A stretch of 64,000 nt of DNA, from positions 104,906,001-104,970,000 of the forward strand of contig NC_045696.1 in NCBI RefSeq assembly GCF_009834535.1. Direction: 5' to 3'. Below the pieces are notes generated by a model. That model worked only from the letters and a program-made list of their open reading frames with translations, was not told the DNA's origin and ran no database searches. The DNA is from Camelus ferus (lineage: Eukaryota). Made by a program: the position numbers and the translations under genes. Shown piece by piece: positions 51,511 through 63,703 of this stretch. Positions within the stretch are counted from its first letter, which is position 1. Each line of letters starts with the position of its first letter.

Positions 51511-53511
51511 TTATCACATTTCATTATATATGACACCATCCATTATATGATGCATCTTGATTTCAGAGATGCTAACATTTGAAAGAACAATCATCATCCC
51601 AGAATTGATGAAATAGGATAGACCCGACACGTATAGGAGGACATGATGCTTCATAAAGTATCTAGTTTCCCAAACATGTTGGGTGTCCTTTGCTGGACAC
51701 TATCGTCTAATCCTGACTCTACAAGGACACACACTGACCCCTTAGAAGGAGTATGAAGTCGCCAGCTGTGTTTCTCTGCAGGTTCCCCAGCACTTGGTCC
51801 CCCAGCCCACCAGGTATATCAGGACCAGCTGTGTCTTAAAATTCATCATGTCAACCTGGGCAGAATTCACATGTATTCTTTTATCCATTGATGCCCTGCT
51901 GCATTCTACAATAGAGCTGAAGTCTTTTGTACAGAAATGTATGTTGTGCCAAAGGAAAACAGGAATGACTGAGGCAGAAGAAGAAGAAATACAGACGGCA
52001 GAAGGATAAAGTTAGGAAAGAATGTGCTCACATCACTGACTCCCATAATTCCTGGATGAGTGCTGGAGGTGAGGCACATACACCATGTGGCCAACAAGCC
52101 CTCCCAAGAGTGGACCAGCAATATTCTCCATCCTCATTGACAGTCCTCACCTCCAGGCTTCCTAGGAGACATTGCTATGGAGCAAGGGCTCTGGTGGCCA
52201 TTATCCTGCCCAGGGACAACAAGGCATCTAGGAAACAAATCATGCAGGGGCAGGTGTTTGCTCTGACCAGCCTTCTGAGTGACAGTTGGCCCCAGACGCT
52301 CCTTGTGAAGGCGCATGAGCAGCCTGGGTGTGCCCTGGCTAAGCCCTGTTTCTGCACAGCCCGGCTGCATCAGCAGTGTGGATCAATACCAAACACGGGG
52401 TCCTCAGCGGGCAAGTGGACAGCGGCTTTCTCACAGGCAGTGACTCAGCAGGAAAAACGAATCAGAAAAACAAGCAAAAGTGCTTGTCTTTGAAGAATCT
52501 GACACGTGGACTCCCGGGGCAGTCCTGCAACCCACGAGTGCCTGAGAACATTTCCCAAGCTAGTCCAGCCCCCCTAGCTCAAGGCGGTGAGGCTCAGCAT
52601 TAGAAAGGGGGTCTCCATTCTCCCCAGGCCTTCAGATGACAGCCTATGGCAAATAGGCTGGTCTCAGCTGGTGCCCAGCACCGCACATGCGCTCTGACAT
52701 CATTTGCCCTCTCCAGAACCCTCTTGAGTCCCAAAGCATCCCATTGAATCAACAGTCATTTATTCCTTTGTCCACTTTGCGAATTATCAGGTACTGGGGA
52801 ACAGGGATGAATGAAGACATGAGCAATGCTCCTTGACAGAACTCACTACCTGGCAGGCAAGTCCAGCTTTTTAAATTAAAATTAAAAAGTAAGGCTTGCG
52901 TGAACTCTATTTGAGGTATATATAGGTTCGAGTCAGGACACAGTTGTGGGAGGAGAAAGAAAAGTCATAGAAAAGTCCCCGATGACGAGACTTGATCTCT
53001 CTCCATCACCGGAGATATGGGATGGAGGCTGTGGGTAGGCAGAAGGTGAGGGCACCGCAGGTCCTTCAGGGAGAGGGAGTGGTGCTCCATGGAGGGGGAA
53101 AGACCTGGTTCCTTCTCGGAGCTCTAAGTGCCAGATCCTGACCAGAGCTGAGGCTGGAGAGCTGGGCGGCCCCAAGGCACGGAGGGCCTCCTGCTCAGAG
53201 CAGGTCATCCCCTCCCCTCGTCACCTTCACCAGCCCTGACTCTCCAGCCTATTTCAATGCCCATGTTGCCCTCCTACCCAGAAGCATCATTAATATTTTA
53301 ATCTGTCAGCCTGCTGGTTTCCCCATCAAAACTTAGATCCTTCTTGTGTCTCTCCGATCGACAGCATTCACCGAAGTCCTCTGTACTCCAGCCTGCTCAA
53401 CCAGGGAAAGGAGCTGGAGGTGCGGGGATCACGGCACAAGCAGACCCGGCCTGGGTGAGACGAAGTGTAGGAAGAGCAATATTCTAGTTCCTAAGGCAAA
53501 AGGACACTTAC

Positions 53512-53721
53512 CAGCAAAGATAAATTACGGGATTTTTTTTTTTTAATTAAGATCTTGAGGTTTTCGGGGAATCTTATTACTGGTGATTGACAATCAGCAT
53601 TGTGCTCAGGTATTTGTCATGTAAATTCTGCATCTATCCAGCAGCTTTAACCTGTCAGAGCCATTCATAATATTCTTTGGAGGGTTTTCTTTCTGTTTGC
53701 TTCATGGTTATTGCTTTTAAC
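53512..53721 (-). other. Candidate non-coding internal exon (lncRNA, 5'UTR or poison exon)
   Basis: About 30-nt polypyrimidine tract plus CAG|G acceptor and a CTG|GTAAGT donor. 210 nt with stops in all three frames; no repeat recognised. Confidence 0.4.
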
Positions 53722-54139
53722 CTGAAAACAGGAAAAAAAAGAAAAGAGAGAGGGAGGGTCCCATCCCTGTTCCGAATGGGACACCCCTTTAGTAGACCTT
53801 CGCCATTGCAACTTCAAAGCCAATACGTCAACAATAAACAAGAGTAAAATTTCCTTTGGAGACTAGGACATGAACAACAATGCCTTCCCTGCTCTCAGCT
53901 CACTAGAGCCCAGCTGGTGGGGCTCACGAGACAGAGGAGGGATGGGGGCCTCTCCGCCTGGCCCCAGTGCCACTTTCTGAGGGACTCCCAAGCGCCCAAG
54001 GCGGGGGATGTAAGAGAAGAAGACGTACTCTTGCTCTCAGTGAGAACAATATGGCATCAGGGGAGAAGATTAATGCACGATAAATAGAGAACAAAATACG
54101 GAAAGGTGTCACCGAGAGGGAGGCTGCCTACCGGAGCGA

Positions 54140-54310
54140 TACTAAGAGCACAGACTCAAGTCACAGATCTGGCTTCAGGTCCCAAGACCTTCACTTACGG
54201 ACTTACTAAGAGCTCGCGGGTAGTCTGATTCTTCAACTATCAAATGGGGACGTTATCAGGCCCACCTCACAGAGTCCCCCTGTGAAGATGACCTGAGCTG
54301 ATGGGTGTAA
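54140..54310 (+). mobile_element. MIR SINE
   Basis: taagagcacagactc...cttcaactatcaaatgggga...cccacctcacagag. Confidence 0.6.
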
Positions 54311-54639
54311 AGTCTCCAGGACGGGGTAACTATGCTCAGGGTCTGACCACGCCACCACCCCCTTTCCCTCCAGCCTTTGGGTCACACCTTTGTTGGGGAC
54401 CCATCTTTCCTCTAGAGGTCCCACTGTGCATGCTGCCCGCCTCCTGGCATGTGCTCTCGGCCTGCTGCCCAGGAAATGAGTGTCCTCCATCCTTTCTCTC
54501 TCGAGGCATCAGAGAGTAGAGACCACTCCAGCTAAGGCCAAGGTCAAGGATAAATAGAGTCAAGGAGAAAATGCAAGTCATCCTCTAGCAAGAAAGACCC
54601 CCGAGGTGAGCAGGGTCTGCTCCCAGATGTCCTAGGAGG

Positions 54640-55009
54640 GGGATCCTCCAACTGGGCCCACAAGAGGCCTTGCAGCAAGAAGTACGAACATCCTGAGGTC
54701 TTCATGCAAGGAGGAGGCTGAACCACACGCAGAGGCCACGTGCAGCCTCCGGTCAGCAGCCCCAGTGGAGCACAGTCCTTGAGTCATCCCAGCCCAGGCA
54801 TCAGACATGGGGGTGAAGAAGCTTCCAGATAATCCCAGCCAACCCCCGATCACTCAAGGCCACAGGCATCACAGAGCAGGGACAACTCATCCTCCCGCCC
54901 GTCTGTCTAAATGCCCGAGCCACAGGCTCCGTGAGCATAAGAAAATGGTTGCTGCTTTACATTGAGAAGTGGGGGGGTGGTTTGCTCGGTAGCAATAGAT
55001 AACCAGAAC
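54640..55009 (+). mobile_element. MaLR solo LTR (MLT1G/H-like)
   Basis: gtcatcccagcccaggcatcagacatg...gtgagcataagaaaatggttgctgcttt...gcaatagataaccagaac terminus. Confidence 0.8.
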
Positions 55010-55039
55010 CGCCGCGTCTTTGATGCCAAGTTTTTTACA

Positions 55040-55210
55040 TCCTTGGGCTTACTTTATCTTTCTAACAGTGTCTTGAGATAGGATTTAATACACTCACCTG
55101 AAAGATGAGAAATCTGACTCTCAGAGAAGTTATGTAACTTTTTCAAGATACCACAGCTTCTCAGTGGAATAATCAGGACCCACACACTGAATCAAGATTC
55201 ATGTGCCATT
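55040..55210 (-). mobile_element. MIR SINE
   Basis: aaagatgagaaatctgactctcagagaagttatgtaact...ccacagct. Confidence 0.65.
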
Positions 55211-56239
55211 CACACACCAAGCATCAGTCAGCCACCCCGAATTAAGAGAACTTTTAAAATAAATCAGGTGTTGTCCTCAGTACCTGAAATGGCCTATTTA
55301 CATATATTTTATATGCTGATAACACTCACCTCTGAAATAAAGTCATTTGGCTGTCAAAAAAATTTTAAGAATACCAAATCCTAGCCACCAGAGCTGGGCC
55401 ATGTGACTGAAGCTAAGCTGGACTAATTCACCTCAGCCCGCTCAGCTGACAGTGGCTCGGCGCACTAAGTCTCTCAGAGAAAGGGCAGAATTTGTACCTG
55501 TGGGATTTTTCACTGCCTCACCTGAAATGACAGAAGGGCTATAGTAACTCAGACGCCTCGGTAAACTGGGGTGGGTGGAGGGGAGAGATTTCCAGTTCCC
55601 CCGATGTTCCCACACCAGTGAAGGAAGCACTGCAGACAGAGGTAACTGCTTTGCAAATTCACTTATAGGTGCTTTGGGAAAATGCTGAAAATAGACACTG
55701 GAGAAATCTGGCTGCGATCAGAGGCACCAGATGTGGTCCCAGACACGTGGATGATGTATGCTGGAGGCATCAGCCTAATTTAACACATTCCCCCACCCCG
55801 GGGGTTGGGGGGGGCAGGCACCTACTTCAGTCCAGATCTTGAGGAAGGAGCTAGGGCAACCCTGCCCTCAAGGGACCTTCAGAGTTCTGGGCCCCAAGGA
55901 ACAGTCCCTCAGCCCCAACAGGCCCGGGGCTGCAGGGCTGCAGGACCCTGCACAGTGCCTTGTTTCAGGCAAGCCCTCTCAGCCAGGGTGGGTGTGAAGG
56001 CCAGGATAAGGGCCCCACAGAAGGTCTCCAAGTTCAGCAAAGGGAGACACCTGTCACAGGTATCAGAGTCCTCCAAATGCCCTGCAAGATGTCACAGCTG
56101 CCAAGCGAGTCTGAATATGCAAAGGTATTCCAGCATTCAGATCCCGAAATATCAGGTTTCCTATAGAGAGGGGCAGCATGAGAGCCCAGGGATAGTGCAT
56201 GAGCTCTCTATAAAATACTTTGTCTTGTTTGCTCCTTCT

Positions 56240-56679
56240 ATCTGTTTGGGCTCCCTTGGGAGCAGGCCCCACCTGAGACAAGGATTTGAGTGCAGGTGTT
56301 TTATCTGGGAGGTGATCTCAGGAAAGACCAGCAGAGGAAAGGGTAAGTGACTCAGGAACAAAGGGTGGAAACTGTGGGTGAATAGAGGCCAGACCTGGGG
56401 GGACCCCTAGAGGACTATGTAAAAGGCTGCGATGTTCTCCCACCTGAGGGACGAGGGAGTGGGGGTACTGATCCACCAACTCCTGTCAGTCATGGGTGTA
56501 GGACCTGGGGGTGTTAATTCCCTAGGTCTTCTGACCTGGCACACACACACAGGCAGAGAGGGCTCTCATGGCCAGAGAGAGCTCACAAACAAAGGGCCAC
56601 TAGTGCCAGAAGTTGGGCCAGAATCCATGAAAATAGCAGGAGCAGAGGGAAGGTGGGCAGGGCACCCTCTATGGCCACA
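56240..56679 (-). mobile_element. ERVL LTR (LTR16-like)
   Basis: cctgagacaaggatttgagtgcaggtgttttatctgggaggtgatctcaggaa and the gggcagggcacc...ccaca terminus. Confidence 0.75.
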
Positions 56680-57022
56680 CAAATCCCCCCAAACACACAC
56701 ACCCTCATGGCTACTGACTAATCTCTATCCAGGCTGCATCGTATTGAGTCTGCTGACAATGTATGCTGGAGAGGGGGTCAAGACCTGCTATAAGGCCAAC
56801 CTGGAGTTCACATCCACTCTGGGGAGGAGGCCTCTAATTCTAAGCCACTGGTAGCAGGTGCCACCTAGCTGGATAGCTGTTCTATTTCCCTAGTCCAGCA
56901 GAACAGGGTAGATGGGGAAAAGAGCCGGCCCCTCCCCTTCTTTGAGGGATTATAGGTAGAAGAGAGATCTGGTTTTATGACCACTCTCTGGTGTAGAGAG
57001 GTCTGCCCTTGAGCCTCCTGGC

Positions 57023-57260
57023 AAAAAAAAAAAAAAAAAAAAAAAAAGAGGTGGGGCGAATAGGCATGAGAGCTCTAATGGGGGTATTAGAAATATTTTA
57101 AAACTGATTTATGATGACAGTTGCACCATTTGGTAAATTTATTCTGAAGATCACTGAAATGTATACTTGAAATAGGTGATTTTTATGATGTATAAAATTT
57201 GCCTCCATTGGTTACAAAAATTGTGTTTTTTTAATAAATAAATAAATAAAAATTTAAAAA
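57023..57260 (+). mobile_element. Poly(A) run followed by an L1MA/MB-type 3' terminus
   Basis: A25 at 57023-57047, then aaatattttaaaactgatt...gttgcac...gaaatgtatacttgaaataggtga and a (TAAA)n tail. Confidence 0.65.
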
Positions 57261-58949
57261 CCACAGTATTCCACTGCATCCTAGGACTGCCTGAGTGTAA
57301 CCCCTGACCTTAATTGCTGCCTGAGAGTGGCGTATCGGGGACTTGAGAGACTCCATCTAGGGCATTTTTTCCCTTGGAGAGTGAGCCGATGCTGAAATAA
57401 GAAACAAACATAGAGAAGTTCTGAAGCATCCTGAAATGCCCACAAGATACTAGAACGCCATGCCGCGGACATCTGTTTCACTCCCCAAATCTTGTCAGAA
57501 ACACTTTTGTCTGGCTGTTAGAGGTATTTCGTACAACCTCAGGCTTTTCCTGCCATGATTTCCCCTTTCCCAAGTTCAGCTATTTCAGATGACTCAGGAT
57601 GTAAATTTCCCAAGAAGTTAAAAAAGATTCCACTTTCTAAAAAAATCCCCAAGGAACCCGTGTAGGGAGGGATAAACCAAAGCAGTCTCGTCTCGGAGGA
57701 GGAGGCATTTTAGTTTGCTAAGTTGGAAGGGTGGGCGTGAGAACCTTCCCTCCCACCCAAGCCTCCTCCTTATTCCACACAAGCTGGGTCTGTTTGGGAG
57801 TTTGCAGGGAAAGCGCTTTTAAATGCGAGGCCCATCGTCCATTATAATTGAAAATATGGTGACGCATAAGAGATTATGTTGATTTTAGAATCAGAATGTC
57901 AACCGGGTCTTCTCATTTCCGAAATACATACATCCCTGAGAGCCCTGAAGTTACTGTTGAGCTGAAATTTTTATAAACTCAACCCCAAGTCAAATATTAT
58001 AGAACTACCAAATGTCACTGAACTACTTATTAAGGGGATATACCATTTCCCATTAAATCAAAATATTAAAATGCACTTTCATCTCAAAATTGCTGAACTC
58101 TCGTTGGCAATTCAGTCTCTCTTAGTAACACCTCAAGCTTATGTGAAGGGAGAAAAAACAAACAGAACTTAAGGATTAATTACAAAATACAAACCCTCAT
58201 TCCTCTAAATTATCAATGAGAACACTAAGGAAGAATTTCCTACCCAAGAGAACAGTGTTTTATCTCTGAAATATCAGTATTGACCATAATAAATAATATA
58301 GCCAGTTTGTTAGCATTTACTCCATCTGGATATAAACATAAAATGCTGTTTTTTTTGCCCCCCACAGGACTGGGCCACGTTCTCCCTTCTCAGTGGACGA
58401 CAACTGCCTTAAAGATAGTCCTGCCCAATTCTACAGCTTTTCATTCTATTACTTAGAGTCAATCCAATTCATTTTTAAACTCCAGTCTCCTATCTGATCC
58501 AAAGATCTGCTCCTCCCACAAAGGCAAAGCACTCCAAAGTCTCCTGAAGGAGGGGCCCAGTGTGGTCTGCTCTCTCCCCGTCACCTCCACCCTATTCTTC
58601 TGCTTGTGAAAGAGAGAAGCAAGAGAGGAGAAAGCAAGCCACGTCTCCATACTTAACCAGGCAAAGGTGTGGTCCTCTCTTCCGCTGATCTAAGTGATGC
58701 TCCAGCACATGGCTTATGGGCTCAATGTGGTCTTCCAACCTGCCCCCAGGAACGCCTTATTCTTCAGGTGTGAAATAGGACAATCTCTTTCAGCTGTCCA
58801 CCAGCTGGTGGCATTTTCCCTTTTACCCCAGAAGGTCCCCAGAAAGACTACAGTTTCAGAATCTGTCTACCTTTCAAGGCAATTTCACCTGCAAGTACAT
58901 ATAGGATCCAGCTTTGGTACCTCTTAGAAGCAGGAACTTAGGAGTCAGG

Positions 58950-59004
58950 GTGTGTGTGTGTGTGTGTGCGCGTGTGTGTGCGCGTGCATGCGTGTGCATG
59001 TGTA
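58950..59004. repeat. 55-bp alternating purine-pyrimidine (GT/GC/AT) tract
   Basis: Seen directly. Confidence 0.9.
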
Positions 59005-60239
59005 AGCATTGGGGGTGTATCCTCCAGGCACCTCTCAGCCTGAGCATCCCCCAGCACACCATCTAGAGTGCCATAGTTCTCTTCCTTATACTAATGGCAC
59101 TCAAATGAGTCAGCCAAATAGTCTTTGTGTAGCTTTAATAAACCCCAAGTTTCTCAGGAATGCAATCATCCTTTGAATTAAGGCCAGAGTGTACTTTGTC
59201 TTGTTCAGAACTTCACCGGAAGTATTTCATTTCTTAACAGCACCCCAAGACTGACCGTGATATTTGATCTGATGATATAAACACATTGATCCACCTGCAT
59301 TTGTCACTGTGGAATTGAGCAAGCATCTCATTCACTACTTCCTCTAGTATAGTTGGGCGCAAGCATTACCTGCCATTTTATTGTACATTATTTTCCTTTT
59401 AGTTCCTGTATATTTCAGTTAAGGCATTACACTGATTTGTTATGGTACATATACAAGCAAGCAATAACATCGGCAAATTTCATTTCAGGATAATAGTGGG
59501 GGCACTACAAAATATTTGCTGTGAAAAGGAACCAGTGGTACTGAAGAAATGCAAACTGGTGGTCTAGATTCATGATCCTTTCTGTTTATTTCTCTGTTGT
59601 GAACCCTGAGCCTTCAGCCAAACCCTGTTGGGCCCAAGCTCTAGCCTTGATACCTAAAGGGAAATGTTGTTCCCACTTGAGCCAGAGTTACGGGAAGCGG
59701 GCAGCTCTGTCCTGTCAGGGCCACTGCCCCAGCCCAGGTAGGGAGCAGCAGCATAATCTACAGGAAAACTCCTGCCTCAAGGAGAAGGGGGGCTTTAGGG
59801 TCAGAGACAGGGTTGTTTGCCACCAGCCCCACATCCCCCTGCAGAGCGCACAACCCCCAGAAGCCTCCCTCCCAACACCAGCCTCAGAAGTTCTGGCTTT
59901 GGGTTTGGATGGAGGTGATGTTTCCCTGTGCACAGTGTCAAAGCTTTAACACTCAGAGCTGAACCAGCATCTCCTTAGATCCAGAAGTAAATGTTTTGAC
60001 TTTGAAGGATGCCCATTTGCTCATTTTGGGGGGACTATGTACACAGTCTGGGAATCTCAGAGCAGCCAGAAGTCGGCACCTGTTTCTGCCCACCTGTGTC
60101 CCTAGCTGGGGTGGGAGAGCTCCAAGAGCCTCATCACATGTGGTCATCTCACTCCAACTGATAACAAAGCTGTTCCAGCTAAAAATCTCATCCTTGCTTC
60201 TTCATCTACATGCGATATCACAAGCTGTAAATCACTTTT

Positions 60240-60297
60240 TCCTTATTTTATTTTATTTTATTTTATTTTATTTTATTTTATTTTATTTTATTGTTTT
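60240..60297 (-). repeat. (TTTTA)n tract flanked by a 14-bp direct repeat (probable tail-only retro-insertion)
   Basis: tgtaaatcactttt 60226-60239 / tgcaaatcactttt 60298-60311, followed by AA. Confidence 0.75.
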
Positions 60298-63200
60298 TGC
60301 AAATCACTTTTAATGACTTGTTTGGAAAAGGAGACATGCTTTAGACAAGTAGAATTTCTACAATCTGGGGTTGAAGTGGATGCAAGGAGGATCTGCAGAA
60401 AGACCGGGGTGAGTGAACCCAGCAGAGCATTAGACCCGCAACAACCGATGGTTACAATTTAGTTCTCATCAGCGCTGTGACAGAAGATGTTCTCCCAAAT
60501 AGGTGGTATTCAGTGCTACAGATTAAAGAGGGAGCTTGTGACTAGGCTTTTTTATTGATGGGAAAGTTAATTTACATTAATTATCCCGGAAGGATGTACA
60601 CTCAGGAAATGGCCCCAGAAATCATCAGCCTCAGAGGTTCAAGGCCCTGAGCCATCTAACCTCCCAGTCCCTAACTTGTCTCACCCACAACGTGTCATGT
60701 GCCCCCAGCCTGGCTCCATCTCCCCATCTCTAAATGCTCCAGCTCATGATAGCCAGCGCCCAGCCCACGATGCTGACCTTCCTAACTGAATCCTCCTACT
60801 CCACAAGCCCTACTCTGGTGGGCTTGCACTGGGAAGATGGGCACTGGGGACCCAGGGGGATAAAGGAGAAAGAGGAATCAAGGGAAACTCCATCCCATCC
60901 CCACAAGGCAATAAGCTGGGTTCTAGGGAACTCCAGCCATCCCACACCCTGGGCGAGACCCTGTGCGAGACCCTAACCTTCTGGGGACACAGAATGAGGA
61001 TGTCACAGACTCTGACCTCAACGGTCAGACAGGTTAAAAAAAAAAAAAAGGATCAGGCAGTTTAGTGAGGATCCAGCAGGTGGGCAGGGGGCAAGCTGGT
61101 AAGCTGCACCATAGAGGTCCATATATGAGCCATGGAATGGCGGCAGTGGGTAAAAATACCTCTTGGGGCTGCCCAAGGATGGATCCCAGAAGAGGCTGCC
61201 AGGCAAGGCAAAAGCAGAAGGGGCAGGAGCTGGATGTGCAGAGTCACAAGAAGGCCCAAACAGCCGGGAACGGGGATCCTTCATGAGTCAGGGTGAAGCA
61301 TGAGGATGAAGCGTGGAGAGAGGATTCGCTCATTCGGTGGCTCGGGCACTGTGCTGAGTGCTGGGCTCTGCTTACATGAGCTCACCTTCAAGCCCAGTGA
61401 CACGTGGGCAACAACTAAGGGCCTTCTGTGATACGCCAAGGACTTTATCCTGAAATGAAGCAACACAGAGGAATTCTGAGCAGGGAGTGACCAATGGAGT
61501 GTGTGTGTTTGGAAGTTCCACCAAGGGTTGCGTAGCATTGGATTGAAGAGGGATCAGCCCATCAGCTGGTGGGGTGAAGAGGTATAGTCAGGCAAGGGGA
61601 ATCCAAGCGACCACATGCTCTCTGAGCAGGGAGGCCCCTGCCTCTGCATCCCTGGTCCCCTGCACTGAGCTGGCTGCAGTAGAAAGACAAGAGTCAGGGG
61701 TATAGAGCCTGCCACAAGAAGCAAGGACCAGAAACAAGAATATCCCAGGACGCTGAAGAACACACTCAGAACAAGAGACAGAGCAGGACCAGTGTCCTAC
61801 AGACTGCTGAGTCAGGCGTGCTGGGCGCCGCTCCGGAGAAGCCCTGCCCTGCCTTTAAGCAGATGCCATCAAGCTGGAGAACCACGTGCGTCCTTGTGGT
61901 TAACGGAGGAGACATGCTGAGCTGGGTGTCCGTATCCAGGCAGTGCTTCTGTGGCTGGGTCTGAGCACCGCCAGTCTGCACACCCAAGGCTCTTGCACTA
62001 CAGTGGACGGCGATCCCCTCCCCCTTGCCTCTTGGGATGCCTCCTTAGATGCTCAGGTGGCTTGGCTGAGGATTACAGGGCTCAAGGTCCCCAGAAATCA
62101 AGGCTGCTTTGGTTCTGGGGACAGAGGTTGTCCAAGTGCACATCTGCACCCACAGCCACAGAAGACATCCACACCAATAACTAGGTTGTCTCAATGTCAG
62201 GACCCAAGAGTGAAAAGACACTCAGGACCCACCAGAGCCAGCAGTCAGCAGGAGCAGAAGCCCAGCTTCCTAAGGATCTATAGTCAGCCACTGCCAGCTT
62301 TTAGATGACAGTAGGTGCCTCACATAGACTCAACCCTGGAGGACCTCCACAATTTGGGCACAGGAGCTAATACCATTCTAATATGGGTTGAATGTCATGA
62401 CAGAGACCCATCTGTCTCATACGCCCCCCCCCAATGCCTTCCAGACAGCTTGTCATGTTGCCCAAAATGCCACCAGTGTGCAAAGGCTTAACCCTATGGG
62501 TTGAGCAGTGCCCTCTCTTTCTAAATGCAAACATGGCCAAATGAGATCATGCATCGTGTCCCTTTACCTTAGTTTACAGAGAAGTCAGAGTGTTTCCTCT
62601 CTGATAAGAAGACAGAAGTAGAGGACTAGGGCACCGTGTCCTGTAGACTTGAGGCAGGGGCAGCTCCAGATTTCCTCAAATGGAGCCCATTTGGTTGTAA
62701 GTGCGAATGAGGTGACTTGTTTCAAAGCTAGTGGCTGCCTAGAGAGCCCTCCATCTTCCGTAAGATTAGGTGACTCTGATCAATAGAAGTAGCAAAGTTT
62801 TCTCAAGAAGCTTCTAATCACATTTCCCATTGGACAGAGAAAACAAATTGTGAGAGCAGGATGATGACGATTCTCACCATTATTAGTAGCATTTTAAGGA
62901 GTGACTTCCAGGGAGCAGCCACACCCCACCTCCCAAAGGTCTTGAGAGAGATCCTGGAGGAAACAGGGGAGCAGGAAGAGACACTGCATGAGGGGAGACA
63001 GTGGATGAGAAGGAAGCTGAAGGTGGCCCAGCAGTTCAGTCAGCCCTTCCCTTCTCCCTCGTGAGCTCCGGGACAAGAGATGGGACACATCTAAAAGGAA
63101 AACTCCACCTTCAAGCCAAGATTCTTGGCTGGTCTGACCTGAGTTCCTTCACATAAGAGGACTGGAATGTAACTACTGGGAGACTAGGGTAAATAGGAGG

Positions 63201-63535
63201 CAGGGGGTTGCTCAAGAGGAAAAAGATGCAAGTTCCAGTTTTAAAAAAAAATGCCTTCCTCATGACCGCTAATGAAAAGAAGAGTAAATCACCAAAACAT
63301 CTTAAACATCATTTTAAAATTAATAAACAAGATACAAGCATCTTGATATTTCTGACGATGATGCAATAAAGTCAAAAGAATTGGTTTTCTTTTGGAGAAA
63401 AAAATAACCAACAAAAAGAAAGTGAAATCTAGGTCTTGAATGTGGAATTCTTTTTACTCTGATTATAAATGCTTTTAGGCTTTTCTCCTGCTCCAAAGGA
63501 CCGCACACCTTCCTACAAACAAACAAAAACACACA

Positions 63536-63703
63536 AGAAAGGGAGAGGAAGGAAGGGAGGGAGGGAGGGAGGGAGGAAGGAAGGAAGGAAAGAAGGAAGG
63601 AAGGAAGGAAGGAAGGAAGGAAGGAAGGAAGGAAGGAAGGAAGGAAGGAAGGAAGGAAGGAAGGAAAGAAGGAAGGAAGGAAGGAACGAAGGAAGGAAGG
63701 AAA
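63536..63703. repeat. (GGAA)n/(GGGA)n polypurine microsatellite
   Basis: About 168 bp of purines with a single C; 18 uninterrupted GGAA units at 63595-63666. Confidence 0.95.

Noticed and set aside
56855..56875. CTCF-like motif tgccacctagctgg
   Set aside because: Mismatch in the core; cannot be supported without PWM scoring or ChIP data.
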